Positions 32,851-54,970 of a stretch of 64,000 nt of DNA are shown here, in pieces. Below the pieces are notes generated by a model, which was not told the DNA's origin, did no database searches, and saw nothing but the letters and a program-made list of their open reading frames with translations. The number at the start of each line of letters is the position of its first letter. Positions within the stretch are counted from its first letter, which is position 1. The translations under genes and the position numbers were made by a program. The stretch comes from Amoebidium appalachense (lineage: Eukaryota > Protista > Ichthyosporea): positions 6,190,640 through 6,254,639 of the forward strand of contig CAVNZM010000013.1 in the NCBI GenBank assembly GCA_963693365.1. Reading direction: 5' to 3'.

Positions 32851-33743
32851 CCGTGTGCATGTGGGGGATGTGGGTGGGTGGTGGTGGTGAATGGGTGAGT
32901 GGGTGGGTGGGGGGGGAGGGGAGGAAGAGGGTGGGACTACGCTTGGTCTATCAAATCGACCTCCTTCTGTGGAAAGCCTGACATTCCTCAAATCAGGGAC
33001 GAGACCGGCATGGCGCATAACGTCGATTTTCATGCTGCAAGTGCCCCAGGCGGTGGTGCCATTGCTCTCTTGGCCAATCAAAACGAAGTACGTCGCGCTC
33101 AATTCCGGCTTCTGCACCCGGGGCTCTTCATCTACCACTGCGCCATGGCCCCCATACCAATGCACATTGGAATGGGCATGTACGGCCTGCTATTGGTTGA
33201 GCCGGAGGGAGGAATGTGCAATGTAGACCGTGAGTACTACGTCATGCAGAGTGAATACTATCTCGATGATCTGCCAGAGGCGAAGGATTCCGAAAATGGT
33301 GCGAACCCAGAAACCATGACATATATCCCCCCCCCCCCCCGGACCCGAGGCTCCCAACACCCCCGGGCCCAACCCCACTCCCTATCCAATCATATAGACT
33401 GAATGCATACTCACTGAAATAAACCCAAATCCACCACCGCTTCAGGCTTTCCTCCCCGATTGCTCTATCCAACCCGCTCGATTCTCTTTGTCATTCCATG
33501 TATCCCGCTCCTCTTACCCTACCCCCTCCCCCCCCCTCCTTCTCCTTTCAATCTATATCGCCTTTCATCCCCCCTTGTTTCATTCCCCCTTCTCTAACTC
33601 CATGCACCCCTCCACCCCCTGGCTCTTATACACACACGCACATGCACACATGCGCGCGCTTGGGCACGCACACACACAAGTCATACGCACCCCCCCACCC
33701 CACCCCCTCCCCTCTTTCCCCCATTAAACTTTAAAGCTTAAAA

Positions 33744-33782
<39 letters not shown>

Positions 33783-34017
33783 AACAATTTCCACAAGTCG
33801 GGTGGAAAACGTTCACCCGGACTTAGTGAACTACTGTATTTAATCATTGAAGCATTGCGTTCGAGGTTGGTGTGCGCTGTTGGGGCATGATCTGTGGGTA
33901 AACAGCCCCTTCCAAATGTTGGGAGGCCTTATATCAGGCTTCGTAGTAAAGCTGACCCATTTGACCCCCTCCCCCCTCCCCCCCTCTCCGGGACCCCTCC
34001 CCTCCCCCCGCCCCCGC

Positions 34018-34058
<41 letters not shown>

Positions 34059-34857
34059 TTCCCCCTAACAAAAAAAACACAACACAACAAAAAAAAAAAA
34101 AAGAAGAAAAAAGAAAAAAAAAGAAACAAACAAACAAACATGTACAACCTGGAAAAAAAAACAACAAAAAACAAAAAGTCAGAAATTTTAATAAAAAAAA
34201 CAAAAAAAACTCACCCGCCCACTCACACAAACTTTTTACAGGCCCACCCAACCCACCAGTCACTCAGGCAGCAACCCAATCCGTAACCGCCAAAACCCCC
34301 ATCACCCCTGGCAGTCCCCCCGAGGCGCTCGCAGGTGAACTATTCTCGAATATTCCTCCGAAGCAAACAGAAATTGCTGCCACGGTTGAATTTTCATACC
34401 AAAAAGGGCTCGATGAAATGCCTACTCTGGTGGTCTTTAACGGGCAGGAAGGTTCGCTCATCGACCCAGACAACGGCGGAAGCGGGGAGGCGTTAAAGGC
34501 GGAAGTGGAGAGACAGTTTGCATCTATTTTGGGAACATCGGTCCAAATAAGGCAAGCAGCTTGCACGTGATTGGTGCCAATTTCGACCATGTCTACCGGG
34601 AGGGGGGTTTATTATTACCCCCCGACAGATCTGTCCAAACCACAACGGTTCCCCCTGGCGGTGCGGCAGTGGTCGAATTTACGCCCAAAGTGCCCGGAGA
34701 ATACACGCTATTGGACCATGTTATTTTTAGGCTGGACAAGGGTGCGGTGGGCCATATTAAGGTCGGAGGGAGCGCAAATTCGGAGCTGTTCTGTGTGGTG
34801 CTGGGGGAGGGCCAGGAAATGAATACAGCATGCCCTGAGTGTAAAGTGCACGGGTGA
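31424..34857 (+). CDS. nirK: Copper-containing nitrite reductase (NirK, eukaryotic/AniA-type), 3 exons; 1-nt frameshift at ~34508 (probable sequencing error, otherwise pseudogene)
   Basis: Exons 31424..32118, 32997..33298 and 34242..34857 are phase-compatible. Motifs: WTFNGHVPGPFIRARVGD; HNVDFH; YHCAMAPIPMHIGMGMYGLLLVEP (type-1/type-2 Cu ligands); VDREYYVMQSEYY; VVFNG; GNIGPNKASSLHVIG; VQTTTVPPGG; YTLLDHVIFRLDKGAVG; C-terminal CPECKVH. The N-terminus is Arg-rich and followed by a hydrophobic segment. Confidence 0.92.
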
Positions 34858-35128
34858 TGGGTGGATGGATCCACGTGCATCACGGCTGGGGCCTCAACAA
34901 TAATTTATTTTTGGCTTGTGTTTGGTAACGCCCTGGATTTTTGATAATATCAATAACCCCCTGAGGTAATTTAAGGGCTGTTTTCACAGGTTCGTGATGG
35001 TGCAAGTGCATGATCAGAGGAGTGTGCACGTGGGGTGGGGTTACATCTGCGAGATCCAATGGACGACGGTATGGTTTTGGCTACGGATAATATAGTGTAA
35101 GGAATAGAATATGGGGAGGAAGGAGGAG

Positions 35129-35191
<63 letters not shown>

Positions 35192-35441
35192 TAGTTAAAT
35201 TCCCACTGTCTTAGATGCGCGGCATTATGATACCGTTGTCGTCAATAGGCTAGAGTGGATATATTTAGGATGCTCGAGTTTTTCGGCCCAGAAGCATAAG
35301 CTGTGGTTTGATGCCGTAGGCGAGTCTCAGATTGCGCTCATATTATAAACAGAGCCTTGTTTCATCTCGTACATTATTAATATTAGGATGCAACATGCAT
35401 GTGCATGTTTCATCCAAACTGATATATTAGTGAACGGCACG

Positions 35442-36177
35442 CTATACCAGAATGATATACAGGTTGTGTATTTCAATGCGGGAGATATCGGTAGGCATGT
35501 GTATGCTGGCATATATTTCATCGACCCAGCATCTATGGGTTACTAAAGAAGGACACAAACATTATCAATCGTCGTTGGGCCTTTTTATGGTGCTAAATCA
35601 GATGTGTGGTTGCACGTGTACGCAGAAGCATGTAAGTGCGCTGTGGCAGTGTGCGTCCTTGCGCATATGGATGTGTCGATGTGCATGTGCCGTAAGGTAT
35701 GTGTACATGTGTGTGTGTGTGTACATGCGCGCGCACGTGTGTGTGTGTGTGACGTATGTATGTATGTGTGTGTGTGTGTGTACATGTGCGTGTGCATGTG
35801 GAAGGGGGGCCTTGGGGGGGCCCCGGGGGGGGGGGGGGGGGGGGGGGTCAGACATGCCGGTACCTGCTAGGCATGGGGGCTAGGAGGGAACTACAGATTC
35901 CATCAAGGGTTTCGCGCATGTGTGTGTGAGCGTATTTTCGTCTGTGCATGTGACATGTGGGCAGCCGCACTGGAACCGGTGGTTCAAGTTATGATACAAG
36001 CGAAAATATATCAGAAGGCTGATGAAAGGAATGTCTATGGCATACGCCTTGGCACTGCTGAAATGCACAGCCGCCTCGCCTGGCCCTGGATCCAGCAGAC
36101 GGTCGATCAATTGAATTGTGTGACAATCTGGTGCAAGTGCGTCTACATGATAAACTCCCTCCCCCCCCTTCCAAACA

Positions 36178-36208
<31 letters not shown>

Positions 36209-36391
36209 CACACAGAAAGAATGCCGTATTTCTAGGAGTTGAAACTAATGTGTGTATGTAGATGGGAGAGCGGCTATAATCGAAGCTGAAAGGCAGGCAA
36301 GGAGGGGGAAGGCAAAGGAAAGAACGTGATACATCAGAGGCCCATCGTTTTGGCCCCATTCCCAGTCAGTGGTGGTGGTGGTGGTGTGTGT

Positions 36392-36437
<46 letters not shown>

Positions 36438-38066
36438 TGCGCTACAGAGTATCAGGTACACATGTACTCACTACTACTGAATAATCATTTTGTGAGTGAG
36501 TGGGTAGGTTGGTGAAGGGGAGGGTTGGGATGCGACACCCCCCACAACATGGAACTCATGGACGGCCCAGCGGCAGGTCCCACACCAGCGAAAGGGCATG
36601 ATGGTGGTGGTGGTGTGTGTGTGTGTTTGGGGGGGAGGGGAGGGAAGGGGTAGACAAGGGGGCTGGTAGCCGTTCAACATGAAATTTGATTAGAACCCCC
36701 CCGGTACCGGCCGGCAGAGGGCACCCGCCATCACTGCAGCCAGGCCCAGACGGTTTATTAATTTGTAAAAGAGGTCAAAGGTGGTCGTAGGGGTCACCGG
36801 GCAGAAAAAGCCTGTGTTGCTCACTTCTGTGCGGGGGTTGACCTGTGTACGTGTGCATATGGTTAGTGTACGTGCAGGAGGAGCGAGTTATGTCAAGGAA
36901 AGTGTGTGTGTGTGTGCATTAAGCATGTGCATGTATAGGAGGGGGAGAGGTGTGTGCGGGGTTTGCAACCAGGCTTCCAACTCAAAGAGAGACAAACCCG
37001 AAGATCTCATCTCCTTTTGCCCTCTCCCCCCCCCCCCCCCCCTTCCTCCCCAAACAAACAAACACACACACATACATGCCCCCTTCCACCTGCCTAGCCA
37101 GCTCCGTGCATGCGGTTTGCACGAGCCGCAGCAATCCCCCGTCCTCCCTCCCATCCCCCTCCCCCAGTCCCATTTCCCTCCCACCCAACAGACCAACTCA
37201 GCATCTTTTTATAAGTACATATTGCACACATGAGCAACCACAGTGCCACATGTGGACAAGTTGGCAAAAAGAAATAGATGCATACCTGAGGTAATTGGCG
37301 GGAACAAGAAACAATGAGTGATTGACTACTAAATGCTTCTCTCCACGCACACATGAACGTAAACCCAGTAACCCAAGGTCTTAACCCACACGACGTGTAT
37401 TCGCACAGGGGAACGAGGTAGTGCACCCCCACACCCCCCCCCTCCCCCACGAACACACGGGGAGGAGGGGGGAGAGAGAGAGACAGAGAGAAAGAGAGAG
37501 GACAGGAGAGGGAGGGGGGTAACGGGGGTTTGAATGCACCATAAAGTACGAAGAGCGCATTGTCAATGGACAACACAATGCAGATGGCAAACCACGCATC
37601 AAGAGTATGCGTATAAGCCGAGCCCATAGCGGGGAAAAGGGGGGAAAGGGCGGGGGTTGGGGGGGAGGGAGAGAAGAAGAGAGAGACAGACAGACGGAGA
37701 GAGAAAGAGCAAAATAGAGCCATAAGCGTGATAAAAAAACTGCTGGCCACACTCGAAAAATTGTACGTCTTGAAGCATGCACGCAAGAAGCCAAAGGACA
37801 AGATTGTGTGACTAACAAAGCAAACCAAATATAAGGAAGCCAAGGGCTTTGAAAAATTCACAAAAAAGGCCAGAAGAGGAGGAAAGGATAGTAGAGACGA
37901 GAGAGTGTGAGTGGGGGGAGAGCTATTCTTAATAAGGTAATGTAAGTGCAAAGGGAAACGACTTGAACATGGAAATAATGATGGTGTGTGCAATGGGAGA
38001 GGCTGCAAAAGACCTCACAAAGAATGTCGTACGTGAGAGGATGTGAACCACACTTGTGTGCCACCG

Positions 38067-38113
<47 letters not shown>

Positions 38114-38719
38114 GTGCATGTGTGTGTTATGTTTGTGTGAGTTAGAGCGAGAGCGTGAGTGTGAGTGTAAGTGTGAGTGTGTACGCGTGCACCTGTGTGT
38201 GTATTTGTGTCGGTGTGTGTGTGAGTGTGCCTGCTTCGGCGCATGCGTATGCTGGTGCGTGATGAAGTGTACCACACTCCTGAACTGTGCAGGTAATAGT
38301 GTTTCCCTTTCACGCCTGCAAATGTCTGTGCTCAAGTCTATGAGCCTCCAAAAAAAACACATTCATTTCGCCCGTAGCCAGGTTTCCGCCAACCAAAGAT
38401 CGGAACTACTGAATCCACAAATGCCCATGCATAGAAGCCCAGAACCCGATTGCGAAACAAAGAAAATAGAGCTGAAGATGAGTGAGAAAAGGGCTTCATC
38501 AGGGGAGCTGTAGAGCAAAATAAGCGAATTAATATTCGTCAGAAAACAGCCACCTTTTGGACCAAGCCTTTTCTCTGTTCTTATTCTGTGAGTTTTCTGT
38601 GATTCCCACCTCTTGAACTGCTGCTTGGGCTGCTTGGGCAGAGCGAAGCCGACGGCCAAAGACGACGCAACGAGGCCGGCAAGGACGGGCACGGTCCAGT
38701 TAAGCAGGTTGTAGGCCAT
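35442..38719 (-). CDS. Hypothetical small multi-exon gene with a hydrophobic N-terminus (structure uncertain)
   Basis: ATG at 38719 gives [36 protein letters not shown] followed by donor GTGGGA. Candidate downstream exons are ~38285..38231, ~36842..36798 ([15 protein letters not shown]), ~36127..36048 ([26 protein letters not shown]) and ~35532..35442 ([29 protein letters not shown]). Exon phases were not reconciled. Confidence 0.3.
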
Positions 38720-39049
38720 TTTGACTCTATAATCTCGCACAAACAGGCAAAAAATACGTGTCCAAAAACTCGGTGAGTCGATCGTTTCTGGAACGAAGAC
38801 TGAAACGGACTGAGCGCGGCGTGGCCGAAATCAGCCGGACACTAGTGAGCGCGGTAAAAATTTGTTCTGTTAAATTGGTCTGCTGAGTGGAGATAGAATG
38901 CGTTGTTTTTGTACAATTTGCGTTGAAGAACAAAAAATAATCGTTTTTTTACAATTTTGTTTTAACACAAATGATGTTTATACCTCTCTTTGCTACAACT
39001 GTATCAACGACAAATGAGCTTTACTTTTACCCTACCCCTTTAGTCATAT

Positions 39050-39125
39050 TTCCGATTGGTTGAATGCACGAGAGCAGCTCCTATTGGTCCGGGCAACTGA
39101 CGCCTGTTGGGAAGTTGAGTCACTC
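39050..39125. promoter_or_regulatory. Possible bidirectional promoter elements (two reverse CCAAT boxes, TGACG, TGAGTCA)
   Basis: GATTGG at ~39054, TATTGG at ~39082 and TGAGTCA at ~39116 lie in repeat-free sequence between the divergent 38719(-) and 41603(+) starts. Short motifs only. Confidence 0.25.
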
Positions 39126-41284
39126 GGTCACCGACGTAGAGATCGCCGCAGCCCGCGAGACGACTGTTCGTTTTGCCTTGACCGGGCTTGACTTTAAAAG
39201 GCAAAAGCCTTGAGCCTGTGAGTGAATGATTGTTGCTTTAGCTGCTGGAGCAATAGATTAGCACAGCTGCAAGTGAATAGCACAGTAGCAAAGTTGGACC
39301 ACACGCTCGTAACGCGTAGCATCTGCCCAAGCACCCAGACAGCTCATTCAGTATGGTGCACAAAAGACCACGTGTTGTACACACGTTTCGATTTCAACCA
39401 CCACTGGCAGGCGTGCACTGTTAGTTTAAAGACATGCGCACTTCTAACACGAAGACCCCGGTGGCGCTCTGTACAAGCTATACCTGTGCGCGCACAAACA
39501 CGCAACAGCCACTCCCCTCCCCCACACCAAGACTGTTTGAGTTGCACACTTATGGTTGGCTTTACCACACTCGCCTACCAACCAACACATGCACATGCAA
39601 CAGCATGTGCGCAAGTGCGCGTCACGGAGACGCACACGCACCCAGGTGCCCCACAGGTACACTCTAGACGCACGACGCCCACACAAAACACCTACAGTCA
39701 CGCATGCACGCACACATAACCATACGCACTTGAACGCATTCACATGCCTTGAGGCATGCATGTTGTAGTGTACAAAGCAGGTAGGTCTTATGTGTACGGC
39801 ACGAGCAAAAGACATATGGCGTGCATCAGTGCTTCATGTCAATATTTACCGAAGAACCCCAACGAAGTTTCTTGAAGTAAAGCTTCACGACAAGGTCCGA
39901 AATTGTGTGGACTCGCACCGCACTTATGCTACGCAGGGACACGTGTGACAAAGATCTCGTCTTCCTAGCGCACGCACCATGCCAGAACTACTGCTTTTTG
40001 TGAATATGGCAACACACGCGTGCATTACTGGAACAGAATGCTGCGACTCATTGTCCCATAATGGTACACACGGTCACACAAAAATCGACACATGTTTACA
40101 CACACAACCGTTACCTGTGCGTCCCCCCCCCCTCCCCCCTCCGCCCCGCCCCTGCACCCGCGCAGATCCCTCGCCCCCAACATACACAATTGGCGCGTAC
40201 ACACACACGCACATAGACAAACACACAGTGGCACGGCGCATTGTCCGGCACACACACACAAGAGTGCTTTTCTTTCGGCATCTAGACGAAAGAGTTGCCA
40301 CTGTGACATGCGTTAAGGACGAACTACCTGTTTCGTTTATTCCAGAATCTCAAGGGGATAATGGAGTTCTCAGTAATTCCGTTATTACGGCGTCCAAAGT
40401 TCCAAGCAGTCCCTCCTCCCCTCCCCTCCCTCTCCTTCCTCCCCCCCCTCCCCCGCCTCTTATACTATGATAACACACCAACACACCGTGGCGTAGACCC
40501 CAAGCCCTTCTTTCTGTAATGTTGTTGACATGGCTAATATTCGGCTCAATCGAATCTCTGATCGAACCCGGTTGTATCCGATTATCTGGCTAACAGGAAT
40601 GCGCAGTGAACGTTCCAAACTCGGGCGGTGAACGTGCCAAAGGCTGAGAAGGTGCTCCCTGCTTCGCTTCGCAGGGGAGATTAGGAGGCCTTGTTCGCTT
40701 CAAGTCATCGTATTTCCTGGCTGTTACGTATACGACACGAGTTAATCTAGTTTTAGTTGCTCCTCTCATTTCAAGTGCACACACCTTAGGGTTGAATAAG
40801 CTATACAGCCCTCACCAGGGCACCTTACCATTTCACCAGCTCTGAAAGCCCAATCTCAGTACCAGTACTTGCACGGTAACTGCTGAAAGGGTGCACCGGT
40901 AACATCTATATCGTAGAAGGACACAGGTCCTTCTTGTCAAACACTGGTGTACACGTATGAATGGTTACTCTACTAGAGAACACAAAAATCAGAGCTGCAC
41001 TGCGTGACACAGCCAGGTATGAACCTTGATCTGTCTAACGTTTCCCACATGCACAAGCACACCTTTTGAGGCGATAGCCCATCCAGACTGCGGGAGAGTC
41101 TCATCACAGACACGAACCGTTGGTGAGCAACATGCATCAGCCCGTACAAGCGTGCGTGCACAGTAGACAGGCACACGTTAGCATGCACGTACACATCACG
41201 AGCTTGTACACAGACAATTTTGCATGGGCAAAGGCACGAAGATGCGCAATCTGACGGGCAAAGGAATAATCATTCACACACACG

Positions 41285-41315
<31 letters not shown>

Positions 41316-41494
41316 AGACACGGGCGCGCGCGCACACACACACAACAAACACGCACGCACACACGCACGCACGCACACGCACAAACACACGCACAGATAC
41401 CAACATACACACACACAACACACCCACACGCGCCCGCCCGCACACGCACTCACGCACGCACACGCACTCACGCATGCACGCACACACACACACA

Positions 41495-41570
<76 letters not shown>

Positions 41571-41602
41571 ATAGTGCAAATGCGCAGCATCATGGTAGCA
41601 GA

Positions 41603-51419
<9,817 letters not shown>

Positions 51420-52015
51420 CGTCATTCACCAAGCTATTTGGAGGTATTGGAATCATTGCTAAATTAGGATCAATCAAATGTATGATGATTCAAAGCCTAG
51501 AACACACCTTAATAGTTAATGAACACATCGATTTACTGGTATGACGGTTAATAACTGTCTGAATAGAACTTTTTGGCCTTGCTGTTAATGGTACATGATG
51601 TGCTTGTTGGCGTGTGTGCGTGCGTGTGGGCATGTATGCATTTTTCTTTCCAGTTCATGTAAACTTTTTCCGGTTTTTCGTTTCTCTCTTCTTTTTTCCT
51701 CCTCATGAGCTATTTCTTTCTTAAAGGGTGTTCAAATACTCACACTACCCAGCATGTGCACTTCGGAATCTTCATGTGACACAACTCAATGATCCTGAAG
51801 AACGATATGCATATGGTGGGCCTGTGATGTACGTTGATACATAGTTTCTGTGTTTGGTGCGGGGAGGCGCTGTAGGTTGATGTCGTGTGCTTATGCCATG
51901 ACAATAATGTCTTGTTCGTGTCACACAGAATGTCTATCACTTTGTTTCTTTGGCTCTCCTCGTTCTTTAAAAAAATTATGATGTGTAGTAGTAGTGAATA
52001 GTGTCCCAGCCTCCG

Positions 52016-52061
52016 AAATGAGAGAAAATTTGTGTGCTGGAAATGAGAGAAAATTTGTGTA
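52016..52061. repeat. Short direct duplication (GAAATGAGAGAAAATTTGTGT x2)
   Basis: Two identical 21-nt units at 25-nt spacing in AT-rich sequence upstream of the foreign island. Confidence 0.8.
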
Positions 52062-52523
52062 TGATGCGTATTAATTAGTAAGTAAGGATTTTCTTAGGCA
52101 AAAGTTTGTTCCTAATCAATAACAATGTTATCTTAGATGTTTGATCATTGCTCTTTGGTTATCTGATATATTTCAAATAAAGAACTTCCTTGAAAAGGAA
52201 ACTTCAACATAATCGCGCGCTTGTTCATTTGACATGTACAATTTCGTCCCGTGCGAATGACTTGTTTCCCAAACGGCTTCCCATTCAGTACCCGAAGACC
52301 ACAACAAGTGAAAGGTTACGTACGCCACCCACGGTGACCCATCCAGCTACACATGCGCTGTGAGACACGGGGTTCGTGGGGGAGAGCTGAGTTCGAGATG
52401 GACACATTCACACTACACACCCGGCAGCCCGGGCACACGTGTTTGCACATGTACACGCGAACCCTTGCGGACTCCGTCCGCGTGTCTGCGCACGTGCCCA
52501 CCCACCCAACCTAATATCAAAAG

Positions 52524-52561
<38 letters not shown>

Positions 52562-52769
52562 ACAGTGGGCCGGGAGGAGGAGGGGGGGAAGGGGGGAGGG
52601 AGGAGGGGGGCCCGGGGGTTTGGGATATTCGGGTTGGTTGTAAGGTTTTCCGGGTCGGGCCGAAGGCCCTCACGGGCCGCAGGCCCGTCTATTGGGCCAT
52701 AGGCCCTAGGCCGCTAGGCCTGGGGCCCGGGGACCCGGGGACCGGGGGGCCCGGCCCGGCCCGCGAGCC

Positions 52770-52806
<37 letters not shown>

Positions 52807-52829
52807 CCCGGCCCGGCCCCGGGGTTAGC

Positions 52830-53175
52830 AGGGACATCCAGGCCGTGTCCAATGTCGTGAAGATCACTGTCGCGGATCGCACGCTCCGGCTGCGTGCGCT
52901 GGGCGCGCTGGGGAAGTGCAGGATAGACATCCCCGAAAAGGGAGAGGACGCGCTGAAGATCAGAAGGGGAAAAGCCACGGTGTTGTGTGGAGTTCAAGAA
53001 GGTCCCGATCGAGAAGGTCAAGGCGCAGTTCATGGTCAAGTATCTCAGCGCGTTCTGCAAGGGCGCGTGCGTGAACAGCAACGTCAGGATACACATGTCC
53101 AGTAACAAGCTCATCCGATTCGAGTACGCCGTCAGTGACTTAGGCGTCCTAGCCTTCCATCTGTGCCCATTGTGA
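52830..53175 (+). pseudogene. PCNA: PCNA (sliding clamp) C-terminal half, divergent and virus-like, 5'-truncated with a frameshift at ~52985
   Basis: RDIQAVSNVVKITVADRTLRLRALGALGKCRIDI (frame of ORF 52845) then EKVKAQFMVKYLSAFCKGACVNSNVRIHMSSNKLIRFEYAVSDLGVLAFHLCPL* (ORF 52987..53175). This parallels the PCNA C-domain RDL...V.I.......F.A.G..G....L / F.L+YL..F.KA..LS..V...MS...PL..EY.I.D.G.L.Y.LAP. Confidence 0.82.
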
Positions 53176-53194
53176 GATTTTCCACGCCTGGGGC

Positions 53195-54970
53195 ATGGAC
53201 CGGTCCCGTAGACCGGGGTATGTTGTGGTGGACACTCAGTCCAATAAAGTCGTGGCCGATGCCTGGCCAAGTGCCGAGAATCCTGGCCGCTTCTTTCTAG
53301 AATCCCGAGCCGATGACCCTTTCCCCCTCGCACAGCTGGTGCAGGACCCGCGTCACCCGTCATACAACACCGGCACCGATAGGCAGGCCAGGGATGGCAA
53401 TCTGAACCTGCGATTCCGTGTCCGTGATCCCATGTACGCACCCGCCCCGCCTACACAAACCCCACCGTCCCGATCCGAGACCTGGTGGGAGGAGCTTGCA
53501 GGCAAGGACCTGACCCATGAGCCCCTCGATGATGCCCGTGTAACTGCCGAGAACGTTCAGGGGATACTGAGCAAGGCGTATGTTCGCACAAGCACGCCGC
53601 GCCTGGTCAAGCTCGAGGGTGTCACGGACTCTAGGGGCCACGCGCTTTTCGCCAAGGAGGTGGAAAATCGGAAGGCACGCCACCCCACGACACCGGACCA
53701 TCCCGAGCGCATCCGAATGGCGTATGCCGCCCTTGCGGAGGCCCAGCGCATAGCTGGAAAAAACGTAAGGGATTCCCAGAAAGCAAAGGAGGGCAAAGCG
53801 CCGGAAGACTCCGATGATCCCGGAGAGCCCAACATGCTCGAGGCGCTCGCCCTGATGGTGCCCGGGCTGCCACGGCCTGAGTTTGTGGAAGGAGTCCACC
53901 GCGAGGACGACGAACGGGCCTACCCCTACAAGCACGCGCTCCAGACACTCATCGCCGAGCGTGCAAAGCTGGCCAAGGAGCTGCGCGCAGCCGGTACCGA
54001 TCGTGCGACCATGCGGCAGGCCCTCAAGGAACTGACCATGAGTGTTGCGCGCGACCTTTCAGGGCAGGAGTACTACGGCCGTGTCCAGCACATCCTGCGG
54101 GCCCTTGCCGATGACCAGGATCTTGACCTTCGAGATGGTAAGCGTATTCACCTCGGGTCACACGCCCCCCCCCGGAGCCACCAGCATCGATGATGAAAGG
54201 GAGATGCACAAACGCTTCTACGCCGATCTCGGCCGGCCTGAGCTCTCAGAAACCCGTTTCGATGACGCCCGCAGCCGTCTTGTTGCCAATGCCGTTTCGA
54301 CCCGCCGAAGAGCAGAGGCGCCCACACCCACCACTGCCGACTCCACCGCCCAGGAACTTGCCACGGTTGCACATGCGCTGGGCTTGAGCCCGGACAACGC
54401 TCGCACGGCCATCGCCGCCTGGGCCGACCGGAAGCGGGAGCAGCTTGCGGGCCTGTACACCGCCGGGAGGCCCCGGTCGCCGGGCACCGCCGTCAACACA
54501 ACATCCGACATTACGGACTCGGTGTGCGGGATCGTGTTTGTGGATCCGCACATCTCCAAGCACTTCCGGCCGATGACGTACCTGGTCGTCAGGCTCGACC
54601 GCTTTGTCCCGCGCGCAATGCTCGTGGCGATGCACGTCATCGAGCACACGGGCAGGCCCGTTGTGTACAAGTCTAAGGCCACGGTCGCGGGGTTCTACCC
54701 ACCCCAGCCCGGGGGAAACCCCCCTCTGGCGCTGTACCAGCTGGAGCGCCAGCGCGGAGTCCACAGGTGATCTTCTCAACGTCGACGCGCCTGACAGCCC
54801 TTCGCCTGTCCGCTCCGTGGTCTATGAACCCCTGCCATCCCGAAGCACCGTGGCATCGAAAGGCTCCTTCACGCTGAGGCTCCTCCCCGACAACAAGGTC
54901 GCCCTGGGGGCAGAGGAGGCCCTGTGGGTGGTGGGCCCCGGGGGCGCCCGCCTGCTGCTGGTGCCGGGGG
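53195..54970 (+). CDS. Unknown protein; probable N-terminal part of the transposase polyprotein, split by frameshifts (ORFs 53195..54193, 54042..54770, 54604..55035)
   Basis: GC3-rich, protein-like overlapping ORFs. Frame switches fall at a C9 run (54165-54173), at ~54755 and at a G6 run (54966-54971). No domain recognised. Confidence 0.55.

Noticed and set aside
38610-38719. Resemblance of [15 protein letters not shown]...ALPKQP to the V-ATPase subunit e N-terminus
   Set aside because: No downstream exon with the conserved CC.L.W....L.Q.NPL motif could be found.
51740-51940. 66-aa minus-strand ORF left of the island
   Set aside because: No recognisable motif, no clear start and no splice signals.
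52690-52715. AGGCCCTAGGCC versus GGCCTAGGGGCCT (57632..57644) as TIRs of the island
   Set aside because: Only ~12 bp in very GC-rich, self-complementary sequence, with no target-site duplication; likely chance.
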